The notes: generated by a model not told the origin, from the letters alone. Counted from the first letter of the stretch, positions 28,160 to 42,339 are shown. The stretch: DNA of 64,000 bases from Octopus vulgaris (GCA_951406725.2 OX597819.1:55118001-55182000); one strand, 5' to 3'. Program-made: numbers and translations.

Positions 28160-28310
28160 GCTCAATTTCATCACTGCTTTGCTCCAGAGGGGTTTGTCTG
28201 TATTTTGTTGCCCCAATAATAGCAGGTATAACCTGAAAGTGCATCTTGGGCATTGGATTGCAAACTCCTTATCAATAAGTCCATACAACACAATGGTGTC
28301 TAGAGGCTAT
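28160..28310 (-). mobile_element. Degenerate fragment of an RLE-type LINE C-terminus
   Basis: Frameshifted minus-strand translation ..LLIRSLQ / QCPRCTF / QVIPAIIGA resembles the IPIIVGA motif of RLE elements. Confidence 0.35.
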
Positions 28311-28395
28311 GCATGTATGTATATATGTTTGTATGTATGTATGTATGTATGTATGTATGTATGTATGTATGTATGTATGTATGTATGTATGTATG

Positions 28396-28567
28396 TCATT
28401 ATTCAGTTTTATTTCAAGATTTATTGCCAATGGAAGAAGAGTCGGTTTCTAACATAGATTCAAGGCTCCTTCATTGGAATTTCAACATCAACAACAGTGT
28501 ATGTATGTATGTATGTATGTATGTATGTATGTATGTATGTATGTATGTATGTATGTATGTATGCATC

Positions 28568-28598
<31 letters not shown>

Positions 28599-28857
28599 TG
28601 TATGTATGTATGTATGTATGTATGTATGCGTGCAGATTTGTATGTTTTGTTTTATATGTCTTCTCGTGCATATACTTGCATATTTAGACATGTTCATATA
28701 TACTTAAATGATAAATTTCTGGAAAGTTTTACAGATTTTTACAGTTCCAGTGATGGCTTGTATCTGTAGTCTTCGAACCAGCCTTCTCCTTTCTGGTTTT
28801 GAGAAGCCTAATTGCTCAAGATTGGTTTTTAGGCAGTGTGTTGCATATCCCAGGGCC
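28396..28857 (-). mobile_element. 3' end of a second RLE-type (NeSL/R2-group-like) LINE whose 3' UTR contains (CATA)n
   Basis: Minus strand from 28856: ALGYATHCLKTNLEQLGFSKPERRRLVRRLQIQAITGTVKICKTFQKFII*; then UTR, (CATA)n, a second unique block ending AATAAAACTGAATAATGA, and (CATA)n. Confidence 0.6.
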
Positions 28858-29044
28858 CAGATAGGTAGGTAGGTAGGCAGGCAGGCAGGCAGGCAGGCAG
28901 GCAGATAGAGATATTAACAGGGAGATAGAGACAGACAGCTAGACAGGTTGACAGAAAGATAGACAGACAGACAAATAGATAAATAGGCAGAGACATACAT
29001 ACATACATGCATACATACACATGCATACAGACAGACAGACAGAC

Positions 29045-29103
<59 letters not shown>

Positions 29104-29175
29104 CAGACAGAAATATACATACATATACACATACATACATACACACATACATACATACATACATACATACATACA

Positions 29176-29207
<32 letters not shown>

Positions 29208-29234
29208 CACATGCATAAAGACAGACAAACAGAC

Positions 29235-29281
<47 letters not shown>

Positions 29282-29879
29282 CAGACACACACACGCGCGC
29301 ACGCACGCATGCACGCACACATGCACACACACATGCACGCACGCACACACACAGCACCAATTAATGAAGATACACAAAAGCCCAATGTCAATGCCAAATA
29401 CGTTATTTTTAAGACAACATGTTTGCGATAGTTCCTTAGTTTTTTTTTTTTTTATCTTTCCTATTCTTCTAATTGATTTATTTACACATTCATATATCGC
29501 CCCCCCCCCCTCTAGTTTTTCAGCATGTCGTGCGAAAACGAGAAAGGGAAAAAAAAAAAAAGAAATGTCCCGAAATAGCTCAATGATAAAACTACAGCGT
29601 TTATTCCATCAAATTAATTGGTTGCTTTCTTTTGAGACCTTCCCCACCCCCACCCCATCACACTATGTAAAAAGACAACGACGTCCCACATAACTTTCTT
29701 CCAACACAATGTAACTGATTTCTCCTGTGAATTTCCGCAATTTTTCACTCGCTGACATAGAGATTATCCCACAAACATTGAACACAGTTCTTAATCATTG
29801 CCATTAATTAAATTGTTAACCCACACACCCAGACCAAATCTCAGACGCATTTTTATTTATATATCTATTTTATTTACGC

Positions 29880-29894
29880 ATTATTCATTATTAT

Positions 29895-29987
<93 letters not shown>

Positions 29988-30094
29988 TATTATTATTATT
30001 ATTGTTATTATTATCATTACTATTATTATTATTGTTATTATTATTATTACTATTATTATTATTATTATTATTATTGTCGTTATTATTATTATTA

Positions 30095-30141
<47 letters not shown>

Positions 30142-30156
30142 GTTATTATTATTATT

Positions 30157-30194
<38 letters not shown>

Positions 30195-30200
30195 TATTAT
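29880..30200. repeat. (TAC)n/(TAT)n/(CAT)n trinucleotide array
   Basis: Directly visible. Confidence 0.95.
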
Positions 30201-30560
30201 TTTACTGTGAATATTTACGTTGTAGTATTAACTCAATTACGGGGAAGAATTTGTCAGCTTGAAACCATTGAAAGATAGCCTTGACGACAAAGTATTTAGG
30301 TCAACGTCCCGCGACTTCATCTCGTTCTCGCCTCCAGAAAGCAGCTTGAGTAATTGGCTGTAGTTTGGGGATGTTTTACTGCTCGAGTATTTTCTTTCCC
30401 TCTGATTAGACCAGTCATTCTTGGTCGAATGCCAGCTGCATGTTGGTTTTGAACCGGCGTTTCTTGGGAATTGATTACTCTACCATATGGTTTAACACTC
30501 GCACACATACTCACACATAGGTGCTTATATATATATGAATATAAATATGAATGCATATTT

Positions 30561-30624
<64 letters not shown>

Positions 30625-30635
30625 GTGTGTGTATG

Positions 30636-30754
<119 letters not shown>

Positions 30755-30773
30755 GTATATATATATGTATATA

Positions 30774-30841
<68 letters not shown>

Positions 30842-30842
<1 letters not shown>

Positions 30843-32466
30843 CTTAGAATAACTTAGAAAGGTTTTGGCCAGTATTGGCCCAGGCCATGTCTAACTTAAT
30901 AGCACCACCTGGCGAAGTCTTTCAATTCAGGATTTGGGCACCGAGTCCCATTCGAGCAGAGAGTTATTGTTTGCGGAGATATATCCGGATGTGGGTGGTT
31001 TGTCCGGGACTGTTTGAAGGAATTTGTCCAGAGACTTCTTGAATTTTGTGTGGTCAGTTTCTGTTTTGACGTGTCCTGGTGTAATGTTGAAGAGAGCGGG
31101 TCCAATTGAGGTGAAATAACTGTGCCGTATTGTCGTTATGTGATGCGATTTGGATCTTTGTTGTGGACGGATGGCACGTGGTCCAAGCCTTGGATGTATT
31201 TTGAAGGTGATGCCAACATCATTCGGACAGTGCTGATGGAATATTTTCCACATCATACAGATAATGTAGCGTTCACGGCGTCGTTGGAGTGAATACAGAA
31301 TACAGTAGTCAAGGTTCAGCCATCTATCTTTTTTGTGATTGACCTTTGAGGAGCTTCAATTCTCATAATATTTTGTTTTGTGTAGGGAGACCACAGTGGA
31401 CAGCAGTATTCAAGGTGGGGTCGGGCAAAAGTGGAGAACAGAAGGATAATAGTGTGGGAATCTCTCGACTAGAAGGTTCTGAGAATCCAGGAACACATTC
31501 TGCGGGCCATGTCAACTTTGCTGCTTATATGAGTAGCCCAGCTTATGTTGTTGTCCACTGTTACTCCCAAGTCTCTGATGTTGTTGGACGCCATGAGAAT
31601 TTCTCCAGAAGGAAGGGAGTATGGGAGTTTCAGAGCGTCCTCCCTTCCAAAGTGGATAGTTCAAATTTGTCTTCGTTTAGCAACATGTTCTTTTCCGCCC
31701 ATTGGACAACAGCCAGTAGGTCTGACTGAAGGTTTATTCGGTCATCCACGCTATTGATGACCTTCTGGAGCTTGGAGTCATCAGCGAAGGTTCTGATGTT
31801 ACTGTGTTTGATGGTGTCAGTAATATCATTTATGTAGACGATGAAGAGAAGTGGGCCCAACACAGTGCTTTGTGGGACACCACTGCTGACTTTGGCTGGG
31901 CTGGATTTGACTCCTTCGACTACAACATGTTGGGTTCTGTTAGACAGGAAGCACTTGATCCACTGCAGCAGCTTTCCAGTGACACCAATATTGGACAGCT
32001 TTCTCAAAAGGATCTTATGATCAACCCTGTCAAAGGCCTTGCTGAAATCAAGGTAGATGACATCAGTGTTGGAACCATCTCCCAAGGCTCTCAAAATGTC
32101 ATCAAAATGATGCAGTAGCTGCGTCAGGCAATCTCTTCCATTACGGAATCCATGCTGGTTGGAGTTCAGCATATTATGACTCTCAAGGAAGTGAGTCATA
32201 CGCGATCTCAGCACTCTCTCAAATACCTTAATAATATGAAAGGTGAGTGAGATTGGACGGTAATTCATGGCAAGCGATTTGTTTCCTTTTTGAAAACTGG
32301 GACAACAGACTGGGATAGAAGGTCTTCTGGTATATATCCAGCATCCAGTGAGTTCCGCCACAGATTGGCTAGAGGGGGTGCAAGTTGGTTTTGACACATC
32401 TTCAAGACACAAGCAAGGAACCTATCGGGACCTACTGCTGAATTATGCTTCATTTCCTTTATTGCT
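30842..32466 (-). mobile_element. 5'-truncated CR1/L2-group LINE, reverse transcriptase region, frameshifted
   Basis: NYRPISLT..KVFER..QHGFR..YLDFSKAFDRV..SGVPQSTVLGPLLF..FADDSKL; C-terminus GPALFN..FKKSLDKFLQTVPDKP..NNSL; tail (TTCTAAGTTA)x2 then (TA)n; (ACCT)n at the 5' junction. Confidence 0.9.
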
Positions 32467-33220
32467 ACCTACCTACATATGTACATGCATACCTACCTAC
32501 CTACCTACCTACCTACCTACCTACCTACCTACCTACCTACCTACATACCTACCTACCTACCTACCTACCTACCTACCTACCTACCTACCTACTTACCTAC
32601 CTACCTATGTGCATGCATACATGCCATACCAGGGACGTGCCGCCTATGTAGGTAAGGTAGGCAGTGCATACCTTGAATAAAATAGATCGATAGCAACATT
32701 TTCCTTTTATGGCAAAATATGTAAATAATTCAATAAAATTATGAAGGTTATTCTGATTACTATTAATAAAATGCAAAATATTTTATTTTTCTGTAGATTA
32801 GCTAGACATTATTCGCCACTGCTTTTCAAACTCAGTATTTAAGCTATGCAGTATACGTGCTGTAGTACACGTGCTGTAGTACACTTCTACAACACCGATT
32901 TGTTTACATGCTATAAAGGCAGAAATAGATCTGCCTTCAACTCAGTTGCGTACCTGTGTTTCGTTAATTTTTTGTGTTTTTCTACATAAAGGTCACCAAC
33001 TGCCTGCCCCGAGTAATTACTAACAGCACATGCTGATACATGCATACATACATACATACATACATACATACATACATACATACATACATACATACATACA
33101 TACATACATCTTTTATATAATTCTTGTGACCCGCAATAATAGTTCAACAATTTTGACATGTTATGCAAAATAATGAATTGCCTTTCTTTCCCAACCGCTA
33201 AACAAAAGAAGACATTGAAT

Positions 33221-33722
<502 letters not shown>

Positions 33723-33724
33723 GT

Positions 33725-33940
33725 ATATAATATAAAATCCTTTCTGTCTGTCTGTCTGTTTGTGCGCTTGTAACTCGAGTATCGTTCATGCGATCACGCT
33801 GAAATTTTAAACATGGATATATGAGAAAGTTTTTCAAAATTGTTGGTTTCAAAGTGAGAATTGCAATTTTTGTAATATTTTTTCCTGTTTCTTCTGCCAT
33901 TAAAAGCAACGAGTTGCTCAGACAGCCGGCACATACTATT
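33725..33940 (+). mobile_element. Degenerate non-autonomous Helitron-like element
   Basis: TATATAATATAAAATCC followed by (CTGT)n, an architecture like the other Helitron-type copies; 3' end imperfect (CTATT rather than CTAGT). Confidence 0.4.
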
Positions 33941-33984
33941 TCGCAGGCAACAAGGGGAGTACAGGATGATAGTCAGCCCAAACC

Positions 33985-34049
<65 letters not shown>

Positions 34050-34150
34050 CCTCTCTCTATAGGTAGAGAGCTCAATGCGATTACCTTAAAGGAACAGTTA
34101 TCAAATGCAAAAAGCGAAAGAACGGTTTAAGATATACATATATACATACA

Positions 34151-34572
34151 GTAATTCTTCCCCTTCCTCCCACTCCTCGGAACTTTTCAGGAAGTAATTC
34201 TACCCACTTCCTCCCCTTCCTCGGAACTTTCCACGAAGTAATCCTCACCTCCTTGGAACTTTCCATGAAGTAATTCCACCCACTTCCTCCCGCTCTTAGG
34301 AACATTTCAGAAAGTAATCTCCACTCCTCGGAACTCTCCACGAAGTAATTCCTCACCCTCCTCCTCGGAACGTTCCTGGAAGTATACCTCCTCCTCCTCG
34401 GAACTTTCCAGTAATTAATTCCCCTCCTCAGAACTTTACAGGGGGTAATTCCTCCCCTTCCTCCTTGGAACTTCCCAGGAAGTAACCCCAATCTTGGGAA
34501 CTTTCCAGGAAGTATTTCCACCATTCCTCTCCTGGGAACTTTCCAGGAAGTATACTTCCCCTCCTCGGGACC
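34151..34572. repeat. Minisatellite: 11 copies of a ~24-nt core CCTCGGAACTTTCCAGGAAGTAAT with variable C/T-rich spacers
   Basis: Cores at about 34175, 34219, 34251, 34295, 34326, 34363, 34396, 34426, 34463, 34493 and 34531, plus a partial at 34564. Confidence 0.9.
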
Positions 34573-34584
34573 AATAAATCTTCT

Positions 34585-34627
<43 letters not shown>

Positions 34628-34629
<2 letters not shown>

Positions 34630-34802
34630 CCTTCGAAACACGGTGTAGTCAAAGCAGGGGTAGCTGAAGAAGGGGAATATTCCTGGTGTTGTATGTCTTG
34701 TACTCTGTTTTTTCGTTGTTTGAAAAAAGTCCGATTCCATGTTTTTGTTTTTATGTTTTCGTTTCTCATTGTGTTCTACGTTTTTTTGGTGTCCTGTACT
34801 CA
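34628..34802 (+). mobile_element. Truncated Penelope-type terminal-repeat fragment (3' half of hammerhead-like motif)
   Basis: Between (TA)n-type tracts; begins CCTTC-GAAACA-CGG-TGTA (GAAA, stem III, GUA); the CUGA half is missing; T-rich body as in the other fragments. Confidence 0.4.
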
Positions 34803-34884
34803 TATATACATGTATATATACATATATATGTAGGTATGTACATATATGTATGTATATATGCATGTTTTATTTATTATTTTGTTA

Positions 34885-34932
<48 letters not shown>

Positions 34933-37556
34933 GTTTCGGCTCTGTTTTATCACAGACCTGGTCTACTTTCTTTCAAAACATTAAATTTTACGTTGTTGGT
35001 GTTTCTTTTTGGCATTACTGAAAAACTGGACGAATTTGTTTTGTTTTCAAGTTTTATTATTATGTATTTTGCTATCAAGTTGAAATTGATATTCGTTTGT
35101 TGGAATTTGAGAGAAAGAAGGGGCAGACTGATAGACTGACAGAGATTGAGAATAAACGAAAGAAAGAATGCGAGGTGAAAACAAAATCTATCATGGAACA
35201 GCTGGAACAATTCACTAAATAATTAAATAAATAAATAAATAAATAGATAGATAGATAAATAAAACATTTGCAAAGTTTTATAAAAGTATGATTTGTAGCA
35301 GGCAGCCGCCAAACAGACAGTGTAAAAAAAAATTTTCCAGTAAATCCTCTTAATATGTATTTTCCCGTTGATTGCTTTATGTTCCATGTTAAGAAATCGT
35401 TAAGTAGGTTAGACTTTACATACGAGATCTGAAGTGAAAGAAAATATTGTTTATGTTTTATTAACCGATAATTTTTTAAAAAATACGCTATTATATCAAA
35501 CTCCTGCTACTGTGAACCTCATCTGATGTGAAGTACACACACCACACACACATCACAATGATACAAGCATTGAAAAATTTTAACATCAGTACAAAGTATC
35601 TATTCCTTATATAATTACATATTTACATGAAATATTTCGTCATTGGTAGAATGGAATATATTGATATTCGATTGTTTTTCTATTGTTTTTCTTTGACATT
35701 TGTTACCTTATTATAAAATCCTGACTGGTGGTAGAATCTAACTTATAAACAGAGAGAACGGCGTTTCATATTTGAACATAGTAAAAATGTCATCGACAGG
35801 TTTAAATGATCTTTTCTTATCCTTCAACTCGAGTCTCACATCTTTTCCCTTCGTTCTCGACTTTTTCCAGTTTCTTTTCCTCATTTCATTCTTCTTTCCT
35901 TCTACCTCTCTCCAACCACTTCCGGTTCGCTTATGCAACTCCCGTGGTCCTGCGTTCCTTATCATTTGCAGCCGATTTTTACTGTTTAGAAGATGCACTG
36001 CCTGTTTTTTTACTGCTTAGAAGATCCACTCTTCACGGCAAGTTCATAGTAACTGTTTTTTTAAACCGACGCCAGCCAACACCAGTCTCTATGGGAGTCA
36101 ATTTGGTCTTTCATTCATATATACAATTAAATCGTTTGAGTCTAATAAATGCTTTGCATTCATGTAGCCTGTCTATGGTAAAAAAAAAAAAAGCTTGGCA
36201 AAACCTCTTTCTAAACAAATTATCGTGGGTGGAAATCATTCAGAGGAAGAACACATAAAACAGCAGTTTGAACACGAATCAAACTTGCGTTCCTGAACTG
36301 ATTCACCAACAGAACACGTTTTAATATCTATATGGGCGGTTCAAATTCCGCCAGGTTCACTTTGCTTTTCCTCCTTTCGTAGGGTCGATGAAATAAGTAC
36401 CAGCTGCGCATTGAGATCGATGTAATCAACTATACCCCTCCCTAGTATTTTAGGCCTCGTGCTCATAGTAGAATGGAATATCTATATTGGCTGTGAACTG
36501 GCAGAATCGTTAGCGCGGAGGCAAATTGCTTAACGGCATTTCTTCCGGCCCTTTACGTCCTCAGTTCAAATCCCGGGATAACTTGGGCAAGTGTTTTCTA
36601 CTACAGCACCGGACCTACCTTGGTGATTAAATCTGGTAATCGGAAACTGTGTGGAAGCCGTCGTATGTGTGTGTGTGCGTGCATGTAAAGAAAACTTAGC
36701 TGCTATTTCTAGAAGATCGAGTGACCACTTACAGGCTCCATCATCGTCTTGCCTTGCTTAATGAGAAAACATATATTGTAAATAGGCGTGCTGTAAGACG
36801 TTTGTCCCCAAGCCACATGTTGGTATGTTTACATCTCCGTAACTTAGCAGTTCGATACAAGACACCGACAGAATAAGTATCAGGCTTAAAAAAAAATAAG
36901 TACTGGGTATCGGTTCATTCCACTAAAAACCCTTCAATGCGGTGCTCCAGCATAGCCGCAGACTAAGGACTGAAACAAGTAAAAGATGGAAGACAAAGGG
37001 AGAAAAAGATGCTAAGAAGCTCACTCTTTGTTTAAGTTGGATAAAAGCTATGAAATAAATGTTTGTAAGTTGTATGAGTAATTGTTTAGTGAGTGGAATT
37101 TACGAACTTATTTGCAGGAATTTTGAAGCGATTTCATTATCATAAGGGCGGAATTCCATTATCATGTAATTCTTGCAGCGATCTGATTTATCATAAAGGA
37201 GGAATTTCATAATTTCAGTGCTTCGTATGAGAAATTTATAAATAAGGAATTCAGTTGTCTTTTCTCACGATTTTAGTAGCTTTGCCGGCAAAATTCATTT
37301 GAAGAGTAAATATTATTTATACAACTATAGGGATCTTATCGGTTTCACACACCATATCCGATTCTTTCTTTCTTACTTTTCTTTTTCTTTTTTCTTTTTC
37401 TTCTTTTTTTTCTGAAAATTTCTAAGCTTGCTTTACAGCCACTTGGTTTCGGGTTCAGTTCCATTTGTGGCATCTTGGACAAGTGTCTTCTACTATAGCT
37501 TTAGGCCAACCAGTGAATGAATTTGACAGACAGAAACTGTGTTGAAACCCGTCGTA

Positions 37557-37622
<66 letters not shown>

Positions 37623-37946
37623 TGTGTGTCTATGGGTGTGTGTGTCTGTGTGTGTCACCATCTAAACTCACACTGCTTGACAAACGGTCTTAGTTTGTTT
37701 ACGCTCCCGCAACATAGTGATTTGACAAAAGTGACCGATATAACTGGTATCAAATTTTGCAGAAAGACATAGAAACACAAGTTGTGGGATTGATTTGTTC
37801 GACCAACCCCTTGCGAGCGGTGCCCCAGCGTGGTCGTAGTCAAATGACTGAAACGAATAAAAAACAAAAGAAAGAAAATATAATCTTTTATTTTAAACTT
37901 AAATACTGAAAAAAATTTGAATTTTACCCAATCAAATGCGACCATA

Positions 37947-38346
37947 TTTATTTCTTTATTACCCACAGGATGCTAAACATAGAGGGAGCAAGCAAGGACA
38001 GACATCGACCCCAGTGCGTAGCTGGTACTTATTTAATCGACCCCGAAAGGATGAAAAGCAAAGTCGACCTCGGCGGAATTTGAACTCAGAACGTAACGGC
38101 AGACGAAATACCTATTTCTTTACTACCCACAAGGGGCTAAACACAGAGAGGACAAACAAGGACAGACAAACGGATTAAGTCGATTATATCGACCCCAGTG
38201 CGTAACTGATACTTATTTAATTGACCCCGAAAGGATGAAAGGTAAAGTCGACATCGGCGGAATTTGACCTCAGAACGTAGCGGCAGACGAAATACCGCTA
38301 AGCATTTCGTTCGGCGCGCTAAAGACTCTGCCAGCTCGCCGCCTTA
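37947..38346 (-). mobile_element. SINE family A trimer
   Basis: Head at 38346; repeated units with junction GAAATACCTATTTC at about 38105-38118. A family B copy lies at about 37425-37860(+). Confidence 0.8.
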
Positions 38347-39690
38347 GATGCGACCATATTGAAACAGCGTGAGCAGAGCATATTAAAAGGAAACAAATTT
38401 AAACCAATATGAAGAAGAAGAAACTGGAAACCTTAACGAGCGGCAGGAATGAGGACCAAATGGCGAATTTGGGAAATCTGAGGAAGATACTTTGAAAACG
38501 AAGGACGATCCAGTATGCTTTATTTCCAATAGAGAAATATGAAATCGAGGAATAAGCTTTGTTGAAGAAAACACCAAATGAAGATTTCCATTGTTAGTTG
38601 GCACTAATTTTGCAACGAATTTGTCTGCGCAGGAAGGCTTGAGGATAGCACTCTTCCCCGAGTTATTTATTGTTAGATGAACGAACTAACGACTGGCCAC
38701 TTCTTGGGCGGGGGGGAGATGCAACTCACTCCTTTCGGCATAGAATGATAAAGCACAGCATCATTTTGTTTCTTTTGTGGGGTTTTTTTTGTTTCATTTT
38801 CTTTCCTTTATCATCATCATTAAAAATTTATCATCATTAAAAATGGCTGTGTAACGTTTTTGTTATTAATTTCTCACAAAATAAGTAATGAAAAATAAAA
38901 GCTGTGAATGAAACTTGAGTCCAAAAGCAAATGAGAAGTATATTTTACAAGGTCGTATCGGATTGGCTGAAATTTAAAGACAACATTCAATTTTTAAAAG
39001 CTCCAGAACTTCAGTATTTTTCATTTCTCCAAAGAATGGTTAGGGTTGTAGAAAATTTCAGAACAAAAATAGAATATCGTATTTGGTGTGAGAAACCGAA
39101 AATAGCCAATTGTGAGGGGGTAGAACAGTAAGTAAACTCTTTGTAACAGCAGAAATTTCAGCTTCAGTTAGTGAACGTAGACAAGAGAATCTCCTAATAA
39201 ATCGAATCTGTAACCTGTGGTGTAGTTTGTGCTTCTTGGGTTGATGTTTGAATTTGTTACACAGCAGAAAAAAAAAATGATTGCCGCCTAGAATGAACCA
39301 CCTTCTCGCTATCTTTTAGCTACACAATTTGTCTGCGACTCAGTTCAAATAATTAAGCGAACTTCTTTGACTTCCTCGAGCTCTTGGTAGTGTAAGCAGA
39401 CGATGTATACAAGGTTCGTATCCATGGCAGAATTGCCGTGGAGAAAAAGGTTTTTCTTTTCGAGCTAAATGAAAGATTATCTTCGTGATCACTCGACCTG
39501 CCAAAAATAGTAACCAAACACTCTTTACTGTCTAAAGAAAGGAAGAACGCATTGGATAAAGTTATAGCCCTACGCACATACTGTCTATAAAAATACTTGA
39601 TGATCACTAGTTATAACAGTTGTAACCATAGATATGTAGATATGTCTGTTCAAGGAGGGCGACAAAGGACTCAGTAATAATAATAATAAT

Positions 39691-40208
39691 GCATTCTTTT
39701 ATTAACTAGAAGGGCTTACATAAAACAACATAAAATGACATGACACAGCATAGAAGACAGCAATAAAAAACAATAAAAATTAAACAACGCAAATTCCCAA
39801 AAGGGGAGGTGCTTTATAGGTCCTTGTGGGAAACCCCGCAAAAGCCACGAATGCCTGATCAACAGGACAAGAGCCCTTTTCCTTTAATTTTTTCACAGGT
39901 GTATGCTCAGAAATGGTCCATTCACACTGACCATTCTACATTCACCCACCTTTCAAATTTGCTACAAAGCAACACTTCCCTCTCTAGCCTCATCTTCCTT
40001 TTCAAGTGAAACTTGTGAAAGTTTATGAGGGTTTGGCCAAAGAGGAAAGTGTCTGACTCCAGCCCTTTCAGACGAGTTCACCATACTACCTCTTTCGCTA
40101 CAGGCATCAGATAAATAAAAACTGTCTGCCCCTCCCGGCCAAAGGAGGGCGGCGGAGCAGTCTTCACTATGGATTTAGCTGATAGCTGGATCCGTCCTAC
40201 ACGCGACA

Positions 40209-40209
<1 letters not shown>
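39691..40209 (-). mobile_element. 3' fragment of Tx1/L1-like LINE inserted in (TAA)n
   Basis: Minus strand LSRVGRIQLSAKSIV..VFIYLMPVAKEVVW*TRLKGL..FHLKRKMRLER..FERW resembles L1/Tx1 ORF2 C-termini; (TAA)n at 39675-39690 and 40210-40271. Confidence 0.55.
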
Positions 40210-40273
<64 letters not shown>

Positions 40274-41414
40274 CAGCAACAACAAACTGCCGTGAGTTTC
40301 CGAAATCGTTAGAGCGTGGACAAAATAACTGCAATATTTAGTTACAACATTCTGCCGAGGTCGACTTTGCCTATCATCCTTTCGGGGGTCGATAGACTAA
40401 GTACCAATTGCGATCTAATCGACTGGCCCACTTCCCAAAAATTTCGGGCCTTGTGCCTAGAGTAGAAAAGGATATTTAGATACAACTTTTTACATTGCGA
40501 TGTCAAATCCCGCCGAGGCCTTTGCCTTAAATTTCTACTGAGATGATGAAAAAGAATAACAACTAAATACTGGTGTCAGTTTGATATTAGTACAAAACAT
40601 CTCAAACGTGAATGGAAGTATAATGGGTTATTTAAGACCAACAACAATAACTATTGAAAAAGAGAAACGTCACTAGTTTTCCATTGTTCCCATCGAATAA
40701 ACACGATGAGTGCTAGAGCAAAACAGATAAAATAAATATTACACTTTACTCATAAAAAAATACCCTTTAAATAGTATTAAACTGGACTTATGTTACGTTC
40801 TTTCACCCTTTAAAGTATGAAAGGGCTTCACACAAACAGGGCGAGAAAAAGAAGTCCTAAGGGGAGATCTACAAACAATAGAATTTTTTCATTCCTTTCT
40901 TTCTCTCTATTATCTTTCTTTCATTTCCCCCCTTCTGTCTGTGTGTCATTCCCGTTTGTGATGACAGATAAACAGTCAGATTATCAGAGAGCTGAAAACA
41001 TCTTAGGAGCTCCCTTATACCATTAATCATGCTTGTAGTTAAAAACAAAACAAAGATGAAGATGAAGAAGAAAAACTAAGGCATTGTTTGTAAATGATAT
41101 TAAAACGGAAATGATTAAAATGGACTCAAAACGCTGAACAGATGAGATAAAGGTAAAAGGGAACAGAAGTTGGGGAAAAGTACACGAGTGATTTTTATCG
41201 CTCAACTTCCACTCATCCCTCCTTCACTCACTTTCTCACTCCTGCAAAAATGGTGTCAGACTCTCTGTTAGACATTTGATGAGAGTAGCTTTAAAATCGG
41301 TTGTTGATTCCTTACCAAACATTGCATGCCACAGTCGGGACGGTCTGCTGCGAAGACGTTAGGTTTTTCTGCTGTGACTCATGTTCACGACACAGATTTT
41401 TATTCATCCATCCA

Positions 41415-41477
<63 letters not shown>

Positions 41478-41506
41478 CCCATCTCTCACACACACATACA
41501 CACACA

Positions 41507-41550
<44 letters not shown>

Positions 41551-41598
41551 CTCGCTCCGTCTATCTCGCTCGTTCTCTCTCTCTCTCTCTCTTTCTCT

Positions 41599-41643
<45 letters not shown>

Positions 41644-41667
41644 TCTCGCTCCGTATTTCTCGCTCGT

Positions 41668-41722
<55 letters not shown>

Positions 41723-41990
41723 ATACCTATCTACATAGGTAAATATAGGGAGCTAAAGTAATAGGGGGAGCGGGAAGAAACAGGAAAACAGGCAGGAGGT
41801 AGGGGAGGCGGTTATGAAAAAACAACAAAAACAAAAACATAAGGACAAAAGAAAACAGGATGAGATAAATTGATGGAGAATGAGATCATACTTCATACAT
41901 ACGTACCTAAATGCATACCTACCTACAGAAGACATTATTTGTATCTTTACACGCAAAAACGCACACACACACACTCATACATATGTACAA

Positions 41991-42040
<50 letters not shown>

Positions 42041-42190
42041 CTTGTAGGATCGATCTTGTATTTTTATTTTTATTTTTATTTTCTTTCACCGGTTTTATTT
42101 ATTATTGTTTTAATTTCTTTCTTTTTTTTATTCGTTATTAATCCCTTATATCATTCATTCATTCGCTCACACCCCTACCTTCCCCTTGCA

Positions 42191-42328
42191 TTACATTCCT
42201 GTTGGGACCTCACGCGCGTCTCCTTCACCGCTGCCGCTACCACCACCACCACTACCACCATTCCCGGTCGTATCTGCTGCAGCGAACATAACTCGGTCAG
42301 CGCTAACATTGACAACAATCCCGAGAAC
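42191..42328 (-). CDS. Possible terminal coding exon of an unidentified gene
   Basis: GC-rich unique block; TAG acceptor at 42331-42329; phase-0 translation VLGIVVNVSADRVMFAAADTTGNGGSGGGGSGSGEGDAREVPTGM*; AATAAA downstream. No homology recognised and the pyrimidine tract is weak. Confidence 0.2.
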   Translation of the reverse strand, partial: VLGIVVNVSADRVMFAAADTTGNGGSGGGGSGSGEGDAREVPTGM

Positions 42329-42339
42329 CTACCACACAA

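Noticed and set aside
34151-34572. CRISPR-like repeat-spacer appearance
   Set aside because: Spacers are short, low-complexity and related to each other, repeats are degenerate, no cas genes are present and the context is eukaryotic.
35738-35998. Non-microsatellite ORFs (also 39353-39607, 55990-56232, 13533-13715)
   Set aside because: Short, no recognisable homology and no convincing paired splice signals; cannot be supported as coding.
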